Assembly (NCBI GenBank): GCA_013265495.1
Contig: MU058540.1
Span: 333,696 to 397,695, forward strand
From: Vicugna vicugna
Lineage: Eukaryota
Length of the DNA stretch: 64,000 bases
Direction: 5' to 3'
Both the position numbers and the translations under genes were made by a program. Shown one piece after another: positions 11,201 through 28,634 of the stretch (its first letter is position 1; every line of letters begins with the position of its first letter). The notes beneath the pieces are model-generated. The model ran no database searches, was not told the origin of the DNA, and saw nothing but the letters and a program-made list of their open reading frames with translations.

Positions 11201-14200
11201 TTAGAAGTTGGGCTTGTGCTTCTTGAGCTCCACCATGAGGTGGTGGATGTTGATGAGCTCAGCCCGGGCAGGGAGGGCTCGGAGCTGGGGCTGAGACAGC
11301 ACCCGGTGGAAACGATGATAGAGCTGTATCAGCTGGGTCAGCGCTCCCTGGTCAGAGAAAGTCACAGAGGGATGAGACTGTGGGGTGGTGCTAAGGGTGA
11401 TGATCAGGAATCAGGTTAGGGCTCATCTAGAACTCTGGGCACAGCTGGTAGTTGAAGATCAAGGGTCACGTGTATGATTCTGAGCCCAGAGAAAAGGGGG
11501 AAAAATGAGTGATGGGGTGGGGTGGGAGTGGGGACGGGGAGGTGCAGATAACCTGGATGATACTGGTTCCATTTCTGAAGTTGGTGAAACTCCGCATTAC
11601 ATCCTGACTTAGAGACTCCACCGATGATTTCCAGGAACTACCAAAGCCACGGATCAGCTGAGTAACCCGGGCTGACAACAGGAAGAAAGAGATTATGGCT
11701 AAGTGATATTTGATCCCTCCAAGTCCTCCCCAAGGCACAGGCGTACTCATCAGGCATCCCCTCTTTTCTAGTGTTCTCCCCACCTACTCTTTCCTGCTCT
11801 ACACCCTCCCATGTAATCTGCATCCTCAAATTTTTCTTTTCTGCTCACCTTTCCACTGACCCCACCACTACCACACCACCCTCCTACCTTCTTCCCCTCG
11901 AAGTCGTTCAGCTTGTCCACGCTCAATCAAAGCCTCAGCTTCCTTCACAAATGCCACCAAACCCCCAAAAGGGGGAGACAGCAACTCTTCAATGAATTCC
12001 TGTAGAAACACACACACATACAGAGTTGAGTTTTCTGGTGTCAGCGGACTTTCCCAATTCTGTCATCATTAACAACTAGGTCCTTACAACATTCCCATCA
12101 TGGAACAGCTAAATGCTGGAAAGGTGATATACTTTAAGACACTGCTAGTCTCACAAGAGGTTGGGGAAATCTCCAAAGATTACCCTCCTCATAAAAAATT
12201 TTCTTAATTTCATTAAAAAAAAATTGGCCTGGGAGCAGAGGGCTGGAACCAGAGAAGGAGACAACTGGGAGACACAGGGCTATCAGAAGGTAGATGGCCA
12301 TGCAATTCTGCTATCGGGAAGCTGAGTCTGATGCCAGCCTCGAGCTGGGATGCTAAGACTGAGTCTCTCATGAGAACCTCAAAGAGGTGCCAGTGCGGAC
12401 CTAGGTGGATGGCATCTTCCAGCTATTATCAAAGGCCACTGGTTTAAGCACATCTTCATGGGATCAGAGAGTCTAGAGAATTCCACTTCAGAAGGCAGAG
12501 CTGACATTCTCTCCAGTCACCTAACTGTGCGGGCGAGGACAACAGCTTCCTTTCTCATCTAATTACATGTTTATTTACTAAAAAGAGAGAACAGAATGAA
12601 AGTTTAACCTACAACTAATCAGAGCACAGAAGCGAAGAAAGAATGAAGGAAAAGCAATATTTAAAAAGATGCTGGCTGTGAATTTCCCCCAAATTAATGA
12701 AAAAACTAAATTCAAAGACCCAGGAAACCAACAAGGTATCAACTTAAAGAAATAAAGAGAAACCCACATCTAGACATATTGCAGTAAAACTTTAGAATAC
12801 CAAAGAAAACAGAGGAGAACTTAAAGAGCAGTCAGAGAGAAGAGACTGCTTCAAAGGAACAAAAATTAGAACAACAGTAGACTTTTTCACTGCAACAATT
12901 TAAGCTAACAGTGGAAAATCTTCTAAATGTTGAGAGAAAATAACTGCTTAGAATTTGACAGTAAGCCAGCAAAACTATTCTTTCCTAACAAAGGTGAAAT
13001 ACATTTACGTAAAAACAAAAACAAGGTTTACTACCAACAAACTTTCATAAAGGAATTTCTAAAAGAGCTATTTTAGGAAGAAGGAAAATGATCCCCGAAA
13101 GATAATCTGAGTTCTAAAAAGGAATGGTGGGCAAATAAACAGGGAAACATGCAGGGAAGGCCAAATGGAAGGTATCACTACAAGACAGCAACAATTAAAA
13201 GGAAGACAGAAATAAAATACTGGCCAATAATTAGCATGGAAGACAGAAGGGGGAGGGGCGATTGGCGCATTAAAACATTTTAAATGCTTTAAAATCTACA
13301 TATTGTTTGAGATAGGGGTTAAATATTAAGTTTAGATGTTAAGCTAAATATGCAAGGTGAAATTTAAAGGCCAAGTTCTAAAAGAATGGAATACAAAATC
13401 TAAATTAGGAGGAAAAAAATAAATAGTAAGAAAAACAAAGGCGAGAAGCACAAAAGACACAAGACAAAAAAGAAACTAAAGATGGTAGGAAAAAGTCCCA
13501 ATGTAACATTAATCATAATAAACATAAATGAATTTAAAAAATAAATCAAAGGGCAGAGATAATCCAATTGGATTTTTTCAAAAATTCCAGCTATATGCCA
13601 TTTTTAAAAGACTTAAAAAGTGAAAACATAGAAAGGCTGAAAGGAAAAAAAAAAAGAAATAAACAGGCAAATATTACCAAAATAAAACTCGCAGAGCTGT
13701 TAATATCAGATATAATAGGTTTCAAGACAAAATTATTAGGGCTAAGATGTGTCATATAGTGACAAATTCTTCAAGTCACTAGCAAGATCTAATAATTCTA
13801 AACTTTTAAGAATTTAGATAAAATAAGCTGAAACCGTATAAAGCAAAATCTGATAAAACTGCTGTGAATAATGATAAATTTATGAATATCAAAACATCTC
13901 TCTCAACTATTGATAGTAAACAAAAAATTAGTAAATATTTTAGATAATGTGATCAATACAATTAAAGAGCCTGACTTCCACACCTGAAAATTTAAAAAAA
14001 AACCCATGTTCTCAAACACACATGGAACATTTACAAAAGCTGATCATGTACTAGGCCACAAGCAAATCTAAACAAATTTCAAACATTTTTCAAATTTCAA
14101 ATGTTCAGTACCAAAAAACCACATTCTCCATTCACAATGCAATTAAGTTAGACATTAATAACAAAAAAGAGAAGTAAGAAAACTGCTTTTGGAAATTTTA

Positions 14201-17200
14201 AAACACTCAAAATCTCACAGACTGAAGAAGATACAATTAAAATATAAAAATTCTTAGAACTGAATGATAATAAAAATGTTACATATTCAAACTTATAGAA
14301 TTCAATAAAAGCAGTATTTAGAGGGAATTTCATAGTTTTGAAACTTCCTGAATGCTTCTGCTGGCAAGTTCTAGGAAATCTTCAAGAAGAGATTGTTTCA
14401 ATCTTAAAATCTTTCAGAAGAAGGAAAACTTCCTTTTCACCTCCTTCTATAAATCCAGTATGACTTTGGTACCCAAACCACATGAGGACAGTAGAAGAAA
14501 AGAAAATCACAGACCAATCTCACCTATGTACAGAAAAGCAAAATCCTAAACAAATTAGACCAAATCCAGAATGGTTTAACACTGCAAAATCTATAAATGT
14601 TATATACCACATAATAGATTTTTAAATGGACTATGATTACCTCACCAATTACAGAAAAAGCATACATTCTTGATTAAAAATTCAATACTCACTTATATTT
14701 TTAAAAATATTAATTTTAAAAAGAAAATTATAATTTTAAAAAATAATAACTCTTGGCATCCTAAGGAGTGAAAGGAATTTTCTTCACCTGATAAAAGAGA
14801 TCTGTAAAAAACCTACAACAACATTACTCTTAAGAGGAAATGATAGAAGAATTCCTTTTAAAACTAGGAAGAGAAAAGGGTTCTTACTATCACCACTTCT
14901 ATTCAACTATTCAGCTTTGTACTGGAGGTACTGTTCAGTGCAGTAATAATAAATTAAAGACATAAGGGTCAGAAAGGAAGAACTGCAATTGTCACAATTT
15001 GTAAATGATGAATGCCTACATAGAAGCACACAGAAACATTATTAGAAATAGCTTAGGAAGGTGGCTGGCTACATAATCAATATACAAAAATCAACAGCAT
15101 TTCTGTATACCAGTTCAAACAAGTAAATTTCTTTTAATATTTAAGGAACAACAATTTATTTAAAGGACAGATTCTAAAAGAATAGAGTAGAAAGTCCAAA
15201 CAATTAGAAAAAAATGTAGTCATTATTCCCAGTAATTCCTAGTATTATTCCTAGTAATTATTCCTCAATAAAGGTAGATTTATTCCAAGTAGAATAACCA
15301 CAATAATAACTCCTAGCACATGAAGGATTAAAAGGAATTTTCCAAACCTGATAAAGGGCATCTACCAAAAAACCCTGTAGCCACATTACTGTTAATGGGA
15401 AAATGATTAAAGTATTTCTTTTAAACTCAGCAACAGGATAAGGGTTCTCACTGTTACCCTTTATTGCACTATTCAACTCTGTCACGGAGGTCCTGGCCAG
15501 AACAGAAAGGGATTAAAGACATAAGAAATCAAAGGCAAAGGATAGGGAAGGATTTACTTATTCCTCGTAGGACTAAATCTACATAGTACATCTAGCCAGG
15601 AACAACTCTAACAAAAGATTTGCAATGTCTCTGCACTGAAAAGTATAAAAGGTTCTCAAAAGACATTACAGAATAACTTAAAAAATGGAGAGAAATATAA
15701 AATAAAATAAAATAAAATAAAATAGAATAGAATAAAATAAAATAAAATAAAATAAAATGGGGGAGGGCATGTAGCTCAAGTGGTAGAGCACATGCTTAGC
15801 GCGCATGACGTCCTGGGTTCGATCCCTAGTATCTCCTCTAAAAACAAATAAATAAGCAAACCTAACTACCTGCCCCCGCAAAAATAAAATTTTTAAAAGA
15901 TGGAGAGGAAGCCCATGTTCATGGACGGGAAGTTTCAATATCATAAAGTGTCAATTCTTTCAAATTAACCAATGCAATTCCAACCAAAATCCTTAAGGGG
16001 CTTTTTTTAAATGTGAAAACTTACAAGCGGATCATAAAATTCACATGAAAAATCAAGAGGCCAATAATACTCAAGAAAATGATGAAAAAGAAGGCAGGAG
16101 AATTTGCCCTAGAAGCATAATTAAAACTGTACAGCAGGGTAGACAAACTGATCAACAGAACAGGCAGAATAGAGGCAAGACATACACGTTTGTGGAGTTT
16201 TACTATGTGACAGAGGCAGGACTGCCGACCAAGCAGGGTAAGAAAGGGGCTTCCTATAAATTGTTCAGGACCCATCATTATCCAAATAGAAAAAACTGAG
16301 TTAGATCCCTATCATACATCATACACAAAAATAAATTCTAGGCATATTTAGGTAAATTCCAAAAGTACTTAAAAGTAAAAAGCAAAATTCTACAATATTA
16401 AGACTACAAACATACTCCAAAACATAGTATAATGTTTTTCTGACTCAGGTAATCAGAGATTTCTTAAGACAATAAAAATAGAGATTAATAAATTCAATCA
16501 TATTACACTTAGAAATTTCTGTTCACCTAAAGATAACATAAAAAAAGCAAAAAGATAAAACACATACGGAAATGTATCTGCAATCTATATAATCAACAAA
16601 AAGGTTATGTAGATAAATATAAAATATATTAAGAACTCTTACAAATCAAAAAGAAAAACATAACAACCCAATTTTTAAAAGGTCAAATACTATAACAGAT
16701 GTTTTACAGAAAAGAAAAATGTGTATGGCTACTTAACATTTGAAATGACGCTCAATTATATTAGTAATCAGGAAAGTGCAAATTAAGATCCCAATGGGAT
16801 ACCTATCAGAATGACAAAGATAGTCTGATATGCCATGTGGTGGAGAAAATATGACTCAATGAGATAAGGAATAAATTGGTTCAACCACTTGGAAAAACAA
16901 TTTGACACTGTCTCATAAAGTAGAACACTGGCATATCCCATATGCAGCAAGCCTACTCCTACTTCCAAGAGAGCTTTGATAAAATTTACCTACCACCTTT
17001 GTGTGCTCAAAGACAGAATTCTTCATAAAATAATGCTCATGGTAGCAAGAAACTGGAAATAATACAAATGACCACTTACAGGAGAACATGTTATATTCAC
17101 ATTACGTGACAGTATACAGTAGTGAAAAAGAATGAGCTACAACCATACGCAACGACATGACACTAGAAAAATTATGCATGAAATAATCTTGTGATTCTGT

Positions 17201-17511
17201 TTTTATGACACTCAAAAACCAAACTAATTGTTGTTTCAGCATACCTATACCTGTATTTTTAAAAGCAAGGGCATAAGAAACACAAGATTTAGGCCCATAG
17301 GTGCCCTCTGTGAAAGAGGCAGGGAGATGGGGTGAAGAGGAATTCATACATCGATGTTGGTTGTTGCCAAAGTGTGTGGTGGGTTCATGGATGTCTACAT
17401 CACTAAAAAAATTACAAAGGAAAATAAAAATAGCCCAATAATGACAGCATGTTGTGACCCAAGTTATAGTAATGCCAATTCTGTTTATCTGAGTCCACTA
17501 ACTGCCACTCC

Positions 17512-17557
<46 letters not shown>

Positions 17558-20500
17558 AACACACACAGGACTGTCCCTTTCCTTGTCCCCACACCTCTAC
17601 CTGTGTCCGAGCATTGAGCAGCTGCTGGAAACTTTCAACCTCTTTGCTGTCATCTGCTGCCCGTTCCTAAGGGAGGACAAAGGGAAATCTCAAGTTTGGG
17701 GAGAAGCTGCCCTTCACATTAGAACATACCCTTCCTTCCACATTTATTGTGGGAGCCAGACACTGTGCCAGACTCCAAGAATAAGACACTGAATGAGGTC
17801 AACATAATCCTCGTTCTCGTGGAGTTCACAGAGCAGTGGGGGGACCCTGAATTCTCTGGGTAGGGAGACAGGGAGAAGGGGTCTGTTACCATCAGCACAC
17901 CCAGCATCATGTCATAGTTGTTGATCAGAAACACAAGCTGCTCCTTCCTCGAGGAGAACTCAGCTGCCACTCGGAGGACAAAATTCTCCACTTCCACCTG
18001 AAAAAGCCGAAAGGGGGAGATGACTCAGGGGACAAGGGTGTGTGGCCCTTCCCTGCAATCCAGCCCACCTGGGAAACCTCTCCCACCCTCCTCTCACCTG
18101 GAGTTGGCCCAGCAGCTGCATCGTCCGTTCGTTGGGAATCGTCTGGTTGATGCTGACAAGAGCAGAGGAGAACTCTGCATATCGGCGTGTGATCTGGGAG
18201 AAAGAAGATGGGAAGAAAAATCACACCAACCCCCGGCCCAACCAACACAACCCCCCAAATCTGTTGAAGCTGGCCAACTAACCTCTGTGGGACTCCGGCC
18301 TCCAACCCCTCCTACCAACAGTGCCCAACCCCCGAGTCTGACCACACTCCTCGACTGCCCCTCACTCAGGGTGGGACCCTGGAAATTTCCAGCCAGGCCC
18401 ATAACTCAACTGTGAAGCTGGGCAACCCCCACAGTGAAGCTCAGAGCCCTGCCTTTCAATAACCCTTCTGTTACCCTTGCCCTCCCTCACATAGTGAGGC
18501 CGAGTATCCAGCCCCCCAAGGCGCTGAGGGTCAGTGCTTCGGACGCTCTGGACATTCATCTCCAGGATCAGTTCAAACCGTGGCCACAGCAAGGCAAGCA
18601 CCTGTTCCCAGTACCTGTGGGCTTAATCAGAATCAGAGATCAGCCGGCAAGGAATATGGGGGGATGGTGGGCAGGGCTAGGGGTCAGGTGTGCATATGGG
18701 AACCCTGATCAAAGGTTAACGGCTGGTGGAGGTAGGAGTGAGTGTGAACAGTAAGTCTGAAAGCAGCACGGTCAATGGTGTCAGGTCAGGAGGAGCCCAA
18801 GGGTCAGGGCAGGCTTGTATGAGACCAAGAGTTCAAGGCCAGTGGGGCATCAAGGACCAGAATTCAGTGACCTGTCTAGAGCGGGAACATCCCTCTTGGC
18901 TGCAATGTTGCGGAATCGGAGGACAATGTGGATACAGAGAAAAACAGCAATGGCGTCGTAACAGTCAGCCAGATAGGACTCCAGGTGTTTCTGTGATTTA
19001 GGAACAGGCAGAGGATGGGAAGAGAGCATTTGTTACTTTGTCCTTCCCAGTGGCCACAGACAAATGTACACGCTCCTCTAGGGATGCAGCCCTGAAGTGG
19101 GTGGAGATCTGAGAGGGAAATGCTCCCTCCTTCCCTGTCCACTGCCTTGCTCACCAGATCTATGATCACAAGCCCATCATAGCAGAATTCAGGACTGAGC
19201 ACCAAGGGGCCCCTGAGTTTTCAGGTGCTATAGCCTAGGTGTGGATCAGCAGGAGGGGTAACTTCAGAGACCCCAAGCTTTGATGGACAGTCACACAGTA
19301 TCAGGCATACACATTTTGGAACGAGGGGATCCTGGTTTCAGTACCACCAGAGCTATGACCTCATTGCGGTGCTGACGAGGACTGGGGACAGAGAAGCCTA
19401 AGAGCACAGGGCCTAGGGAGCTTACCAGGGTCATGTTGAGTGTACGGCCCATGACAGAATGGAAGAGGTCGTGTGCAGCTGGGCCGGACACAACAAAGAA
19501 TTCACAGATGAAAAGATATTCACGGCAGGAGTTGTCCAGGAGGGCGTAGTGCTGGCTGCGGAAGAGGGCCTCAAAAGGATACTAGGAAGAGAGACAGAAG
19601 GGATGGACCCCAATACTGACTCCCCTGGATGTGGCTAGAAAATCAGCAAACCTGGGTATTGAGAGCTCAAGAGACCCTCCGCATCTAAGCCATGTCCAGG
19701 CTGCGAAAGAGCATCCTCAATGGATACAGAAGACATCGGGGGAGAACGGACAAAAGAGCCCAACCACATCTGCAGCTGCTGCTCCTGCATCCACTCACAC
19801 CTGCCTCGTGACACGTCATTCCCCTTGCCAGCCTCCCCCCCCTGCACACCCTAAGTCAAGGGTCCCAACCCTCTTCTCATCACAGGACACTGAGGTGACT
19901 GGAGAAGGGGATTCACACAGGGGCCTGCAGGGCTTGGCTCTGAGGTCTGGCCTCAGAGTCCCTCTCCTGACTGAAGCTTGTTCCTCCCCCTACCCGCTGT
20001 TCTCCCCGCTGGGCGGTGTGGGGCACGAGGATGGGTGCCTCCAGTTCAGTGGGGGAGATGACAGAGCCACGGGTCCCCAGGGTGAAGATGGTGTTCCTGC
20101 TGCGGAGGGATGGTTTTGAGAAGAATCGTGAAGGCTCCAAGTCAAGGAAAACAATAAGATTACAACCGTAATGGAAGATCAAAGACTCAGGACCTCCAGG
20201 GACCCCTGGCAGCCAAACACAGCCTAGGTGCCCCTCTTTCCCAGTACCAGGAGCCCATTTTACCTACATCTGTAGAACCCTCTACACCCCCTGACATCAC
20301 ATGCAAAACGATGTGTCAAAATCATCTGTGCATTTTTCTGGGGAGGGTGGCCACAGCCTTTAATCATTCTCAGAGGTTTTGTTCTCACAGAAAAAGGTAA
20401 GCAGCAAAGCCTTGGAGGCTGGAGCCAGGAGCCCCCTCACTCCCCAGGCCTGGCATGAGGGCTCCTCAGCTCCAGGATATCTTTCTTTGCTGTATCTTCC

Positions 20501-23500
20501 ACGCCCATTAGATCGTCCTTCTCAGCGACTTCCTCATACTAGTGAAAAGAGAACTGGTAACCATAGCTTCCCAAAGCTCAACAAAAAAAAATTTCTCTTT
20601 ATAGTGTCCCCCGTTGCCCAGTGGCTGCCCCTCTGCCCAGCCCAGGTGCCCAGGAATACTTCTCCCTCTGTGGCCTCACCTGCACCTTCATGAGCCGTCC
20701 CAGGTAAGAGCGGTAGTAAGACAGGTAGATCTTGCTCAGCGTCTCCACGTATTCGTCCCTTATCTCCTTCGCTGTTGCTCGTTCATTGCCCAGCAGGAAC
20801 TGATAGAAGAACCTGCAGGGGTCGGGACCAGTCAGTCTCCCTGCCTGCCCAAGACACCAGACAGCACGCTGGGTTGCTCAAAAGCTCAGAGGCCATCCCA
20901 AGCCCTTCCTTCTGGTGGTGACCTGTACTTCAGCAAGGCCGTCTGGGGGATCTGATAGTTGGTCATGGGTTTTCTGAAGGAATAAATCTTCTGAAGGATG
21001 AACTCCCGGATCTTCGTCACTGCCTAGGCATGGGGGACCAAACACAGGGCATGAAGCTGCAACCTTCTCAGTTTGGGAAGCATTAGGGAAGTAACAAATC
21101 TTCAATATAGGGGGAAGAGTAGAGAATATCTCTTCAATATTTCTTAAGGTGGGGAGGGTATAGCTCAGTGGCAGAGCACATGCTTAGCATGCACGAGGTT
21201 CTAGGTTCAATCCCCAGTATCTCCATTAAAGAAAACAATGACTTTCAGGGAAACCCAGAGATGTGAGAATGAGCTCTGCCAGGGAAATCCAGGGGTGTAC
21301 ATCTCAGGGAGGCTGGTTCTTGTGGTCTCAGGAGTATCCACCCCCACCCCCGACCTTGACCCGGAGCCGGTCAAGAACGCCTCTGACGTCTGCACAGGCC
21401 GCCGTCCCTCTAGTTTCCTGCTCTCGGACTGCAGCTGCCTTGGCATCCAGTTCCTGCAGCTGCTCCAGGAACCTGGGCTCTGTCACTGGTGCCTCCAGAA
21501 TTGCCCTGGGTAGCAGGGAGGGATGGGATGGGTTAGGAGAGAGACCCAGATATCCCTAGACTTTAAAACATACCCCTTACATCCAGCCCGTCTCTTCTCC
21601 ATTCTTACACTGTATCATGTAGTTGGAACATACAGAAAAAGTTTTCTGTTCCTGGACAAATACACATCCCTACTGCCCACGTAAGCCTTGGACCCCCTCA
21701 CTACATGCCTGACCCTGGATGATCCCTCATCTTTGATGCCTAAAGCACAGGTCAAGGTTATAAAGGTTGTCAATCCACTGATCGGTTTTTGGAAGGCACT
21801 TGATGATTGGGAGCCAGGAGGCCCATGGGGTAAGCAGCATAGGTCACTCCAGCCCATCTACTTACTATAGACATTATGACCCTTCAGATTGGTGACTCAC
21901 GTGACAAGAGCAGAGGGCACCACTAGGCCATCGACAAGCTCCCCCAGTTTCCCCCGGACAGCCTGGCGGTTTCGAAGCCGAATATTCATGGCGCCTGACT
22001 GTTCCTGCAGTGTCCGGATCTCAGAGCTGATGGAGCTGAGATCACTCTGAAAAGCTCCCAACATCTGCTCCATGCGCTGGGGGGAAGGCAGAAGTGTTGC
22101 TGAATTGCCATTGGGGTGGTAGGGGATGAGTGGGCCACGCAAGTTTCTTGGTAGTCTCCAGTATCTATCAGTCTATGAGGGCAGCAGGTCATAAGGGAAG
22201 ATGTACCCCAAAGGTCACTAGCAAATAACATTAGTTATGACAGCAAGAACAAAAAAGCCGCTTAGGTCACCCTGAAAGTGGCTCTAACTGTCCCCACCTA
22301 AGGCTAATGACCTAAAGAATGGTACTAGCGACCATGATCTGGTTCAGGGTTATTGGGGTCACAAGTCATGGTTACTAACCTCAAGGACAGCATCGCAGGC
22401 TGTGATCTGGTTGTGCAGAGAAGCTATGTTCTCACTCTCTTGGATATCTGACCCACAAAAGTCAAGGAGTGTCATCATGAAAACAGAGATCCTCAGATTT
22501 GCAGGCCCTTTCCAATTTCTCCCCGAGCTGACAGAAACCTCAGAAAGAAGACGGAAGCCCCAGCATGACATCAGCACCACACCCCATAAAATCTCCATCT
22601 TAATAACACCACCCTTTTCCTCTGCTAGAGGATACAATCCCGAATGGATTTCTGCTCAATCTGTTGTAGCTCCAGTTCAACCTGCTTTGAATAGTGCCGG
22701 AGATCCACGCCCTGGGAGAACATAAACATTACAGGTCAGCAGGAGAGAGTCAGCGAAGGAACACCAGGACAGAATCAACAAAGAACTAGAAAGTAAGACA
22801 GGGTGACATTTTAAGAGCAAGAGACTGTTTTCTTTTCTTTGAGGAGAGGGTAGGTGGAGGGGCAGATTAGTATAGTGGAAAGCCTCACCGTTTTAAGAGC
22901 TTCCTTTACTAACTCATCCTCCAGATTTGCCTGAATGTGAACTGGAAACAGAAGTTTATCGTAAGGGTTCAGCTGGCTCCACAGCTCCCTCTCCCAACAT
23001 TAAACATCTACACACCAATCCCTGCTTTATCACTTCTGGCCCCTATGCCTCTCAGATTATAAGTATTGCATCCACCCAGTGCCAACACTTACCATCCACT
23101 TCATCCAGGATGAATTCATCAGAGGTGATGTCCAACTCTCCAAGTTGCAATGGCTCCTGAAGACCCGGACCACCCCCCTGGAGAGGGGCAGGTTATAGGA
23201 AAGAAAGGGGGAGAACAAAATATAATGGGATAAACCCCAATGCTTTAAGTGGGGGAGAGGGACTTTTACTAGGGTCATAGGTAGGTACTGAGTCAAAAAA
23301 ATCCCATAAGTCTCATATGGTACCCAGTCTACTAGTTGGGGCTGATGTGTAGGGAATATGACAAGGAGACAAGCAACCCACCAAGGGGCGAAGTGACCAA
23401 ATGAGGAAAATTAGGAGATGCAGAGAACAGAGCTGAAATTGCAGTTGAATTTAGGATCCCCAGACTCCTGCTACCTTAAGTGTTCTATCACAATTCCTCT

Positions 23501-24090
23501 GGGGAGCCCTAGCCTTTCCAGAAATGTCAGCTAACAGTGTTTACCTGCATGTCAGGTGCCAACTTACATATACTAAGTCATTTACTCCTAGCCGACACCC
23601 TATATAGGTCTCATTTTCTTCACTTCATAGGTATGGAAAGTACTGGCACAAAAAAGCTAGTTAATGTGCCCAAAGACACACAAAGTTTAAGTGGCAGAGC
23701 TGGAATTAGAACCCCGGCAGTTTGACTCCAGAAGCCATGTTCTTAACCTTTACACTACATTGCTTCTCTTCTGCCCAAACATCCGGAGGTTAACTGAAAT
23801 TGTGTCCCCAGAACCTGTCTCGGCCATTCTGGTCCCCGCTCGGGCTCCAGTCCATCCCAGGGAGGGGTATGAAGAGCCAGACCAGGTAGCATCAACGGTA
23901 GAAGCCGAGCTCCTAACCTTGTGCCTACACGCAACCCAGGCCCTTCTGACGTGAGGAGGCCTGAAAAGCCTCTGGAGGAAAAATATCCCTGCGCTCTCAC
24001 CAGCGGGCCCTCTTCCTCCTCCATATCTGAGGCCCCGGTCCGCAGCACCAGCTCCCGGGCAGCTGCGGCCATGGTCGCAGCAGCGGCCAT
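11201..24090 (-). CDS. VPS52: VPS52, GARP/EARP complex subunit, 20 exons, 723 aa
   Basis: Exons 24001-24090, 23093-23177, 22889-22941, 22636-22711, 22380-22447, 21901-22076, 21355-21505, 20923-21023, 20680-20812, 20481-20538, 19994-20127, 19426-19581, 18872-18990, 18491-18614, 18098-18193, 17890-17997, 17601-17666, 11888-11999, 11553-11671, 11201-11347 sum to 2172 nt in frame; MAAAATMAAAARELVLR ... HHLMVELKKHKPNF*. Confidence 0.97.
12560..17450 (+). mobile_element. Old degraded L1 (ORF1, endonuclease, RT and 3' remnants) filling VPS52 intron 17, antisense to the gene
   Basis: Strongly A-rich + strand; L1 motifs aaacccacatctagacatattgcagtaaaact, aaaagcagtatttagagggaatttcatag, aaagaaaatcacagaccaatctc, ccacttctattcaac, aaattggttcaaccacttggaaaa. 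Confidence 0.85.
15759..15890 (+). mobile_element. tRNA-derived SINE preceded by (AAAAT)n
   Basis: GGGGAGGGCATGTAGCTCAAGTGGTAGAGC ... GGGTTCGATCCC ... AAACCTAACTACC. Confidence 0.9.
17513..17552. repeat. (CA)n microsatellite
   Basis: About 20 uninterrupted CA units. Confidence 0.95.
20128..20480 (-). other. U12-type AT-AC intron (VPS52 intron 10)
   Basis: Starts ATATCCTG, ends TTCCTTGACTTGGAGCCTTCAC; this junction restores the conserved KKG-FFSKP. Confidence 0.93.
21148..21236 (+). mobile_element. tRNA-derived SINE (short form)
   Basis: GGGGAGGGTATAGCTCAGTGGCAGAGC ... GGTTCAATCCCCAGTATCTCC. Confidence 0.9.
22448..22635 (-). other. U12-type GT-AG intron (VPS52 intron 4)
   Basis: Starts GTATCCTC; branch TCCTTGAC followed by 13 nt to the 3' end; no real polypyrimidine tract. 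Confidence 0.88.
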
Positions 24091-24515
24091 TCCGCGCAGC
24101 CTCACTTCCGGCAGCTGTCAGGCGACTCCGTTCCGCGGATTGGAACTCGAAGTCCTGGAATGTCTTGCAAAGCGCGAAATCGTTCCCAGATATTTGAGTT
24201 AAATTGTTTGACTCCAGCCTTCCCCTTTCAGGTGTAACCGCTTCACCCAAGTGTAAATGGGAATTGGAAGTCTTAAGCACGATCTCAACCCGGAACCTTC
24301 GTTGCTCTCACACCCAAGAACTTTACGAACTTTAAAGGGAGACCGCACCGGAAGTTGTTGTGCCCAAAGCGGACTCTCAGAAGTCTCGTGCAGTTTCCGG
24401 AAGCTCCTCGCAGAGACCGCTCCGCCTCTTCCGCCTGCTAGCTATAAAAGGCTGTTACGTAACTTCCGTTCTCTCTTCCACTGGAGGCCTACACACCGCC
24501 GCTGGGGCCGCCGCC
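24091..24515. promoter_or_regulatory. Bidirectional CpG-island promoter VPS52/RPS18 with TATA and 5'TOP tract
   Basis: Start codons 425 nt apart head to head; several CCGGAAG ETS sites; TATAAAA at 24443; CTCTCTTCC pyrimidine start at 24471. Confidence 0.88.

Positions 24516-28634
<4,119 letters not shown>

Noticed and set aside
15222..15266. Short direct repeats resembling an array
   Set aside because: Simple 9-12 nt slippage repeats without spacers; not CRISPR-like
15759..15836. tRNA-Ala-like gene with A and B boxes
   Set aside because: It has the SINE tail and many diverged copies in the window; it is a tRNA-derived SINE, not a tRNA
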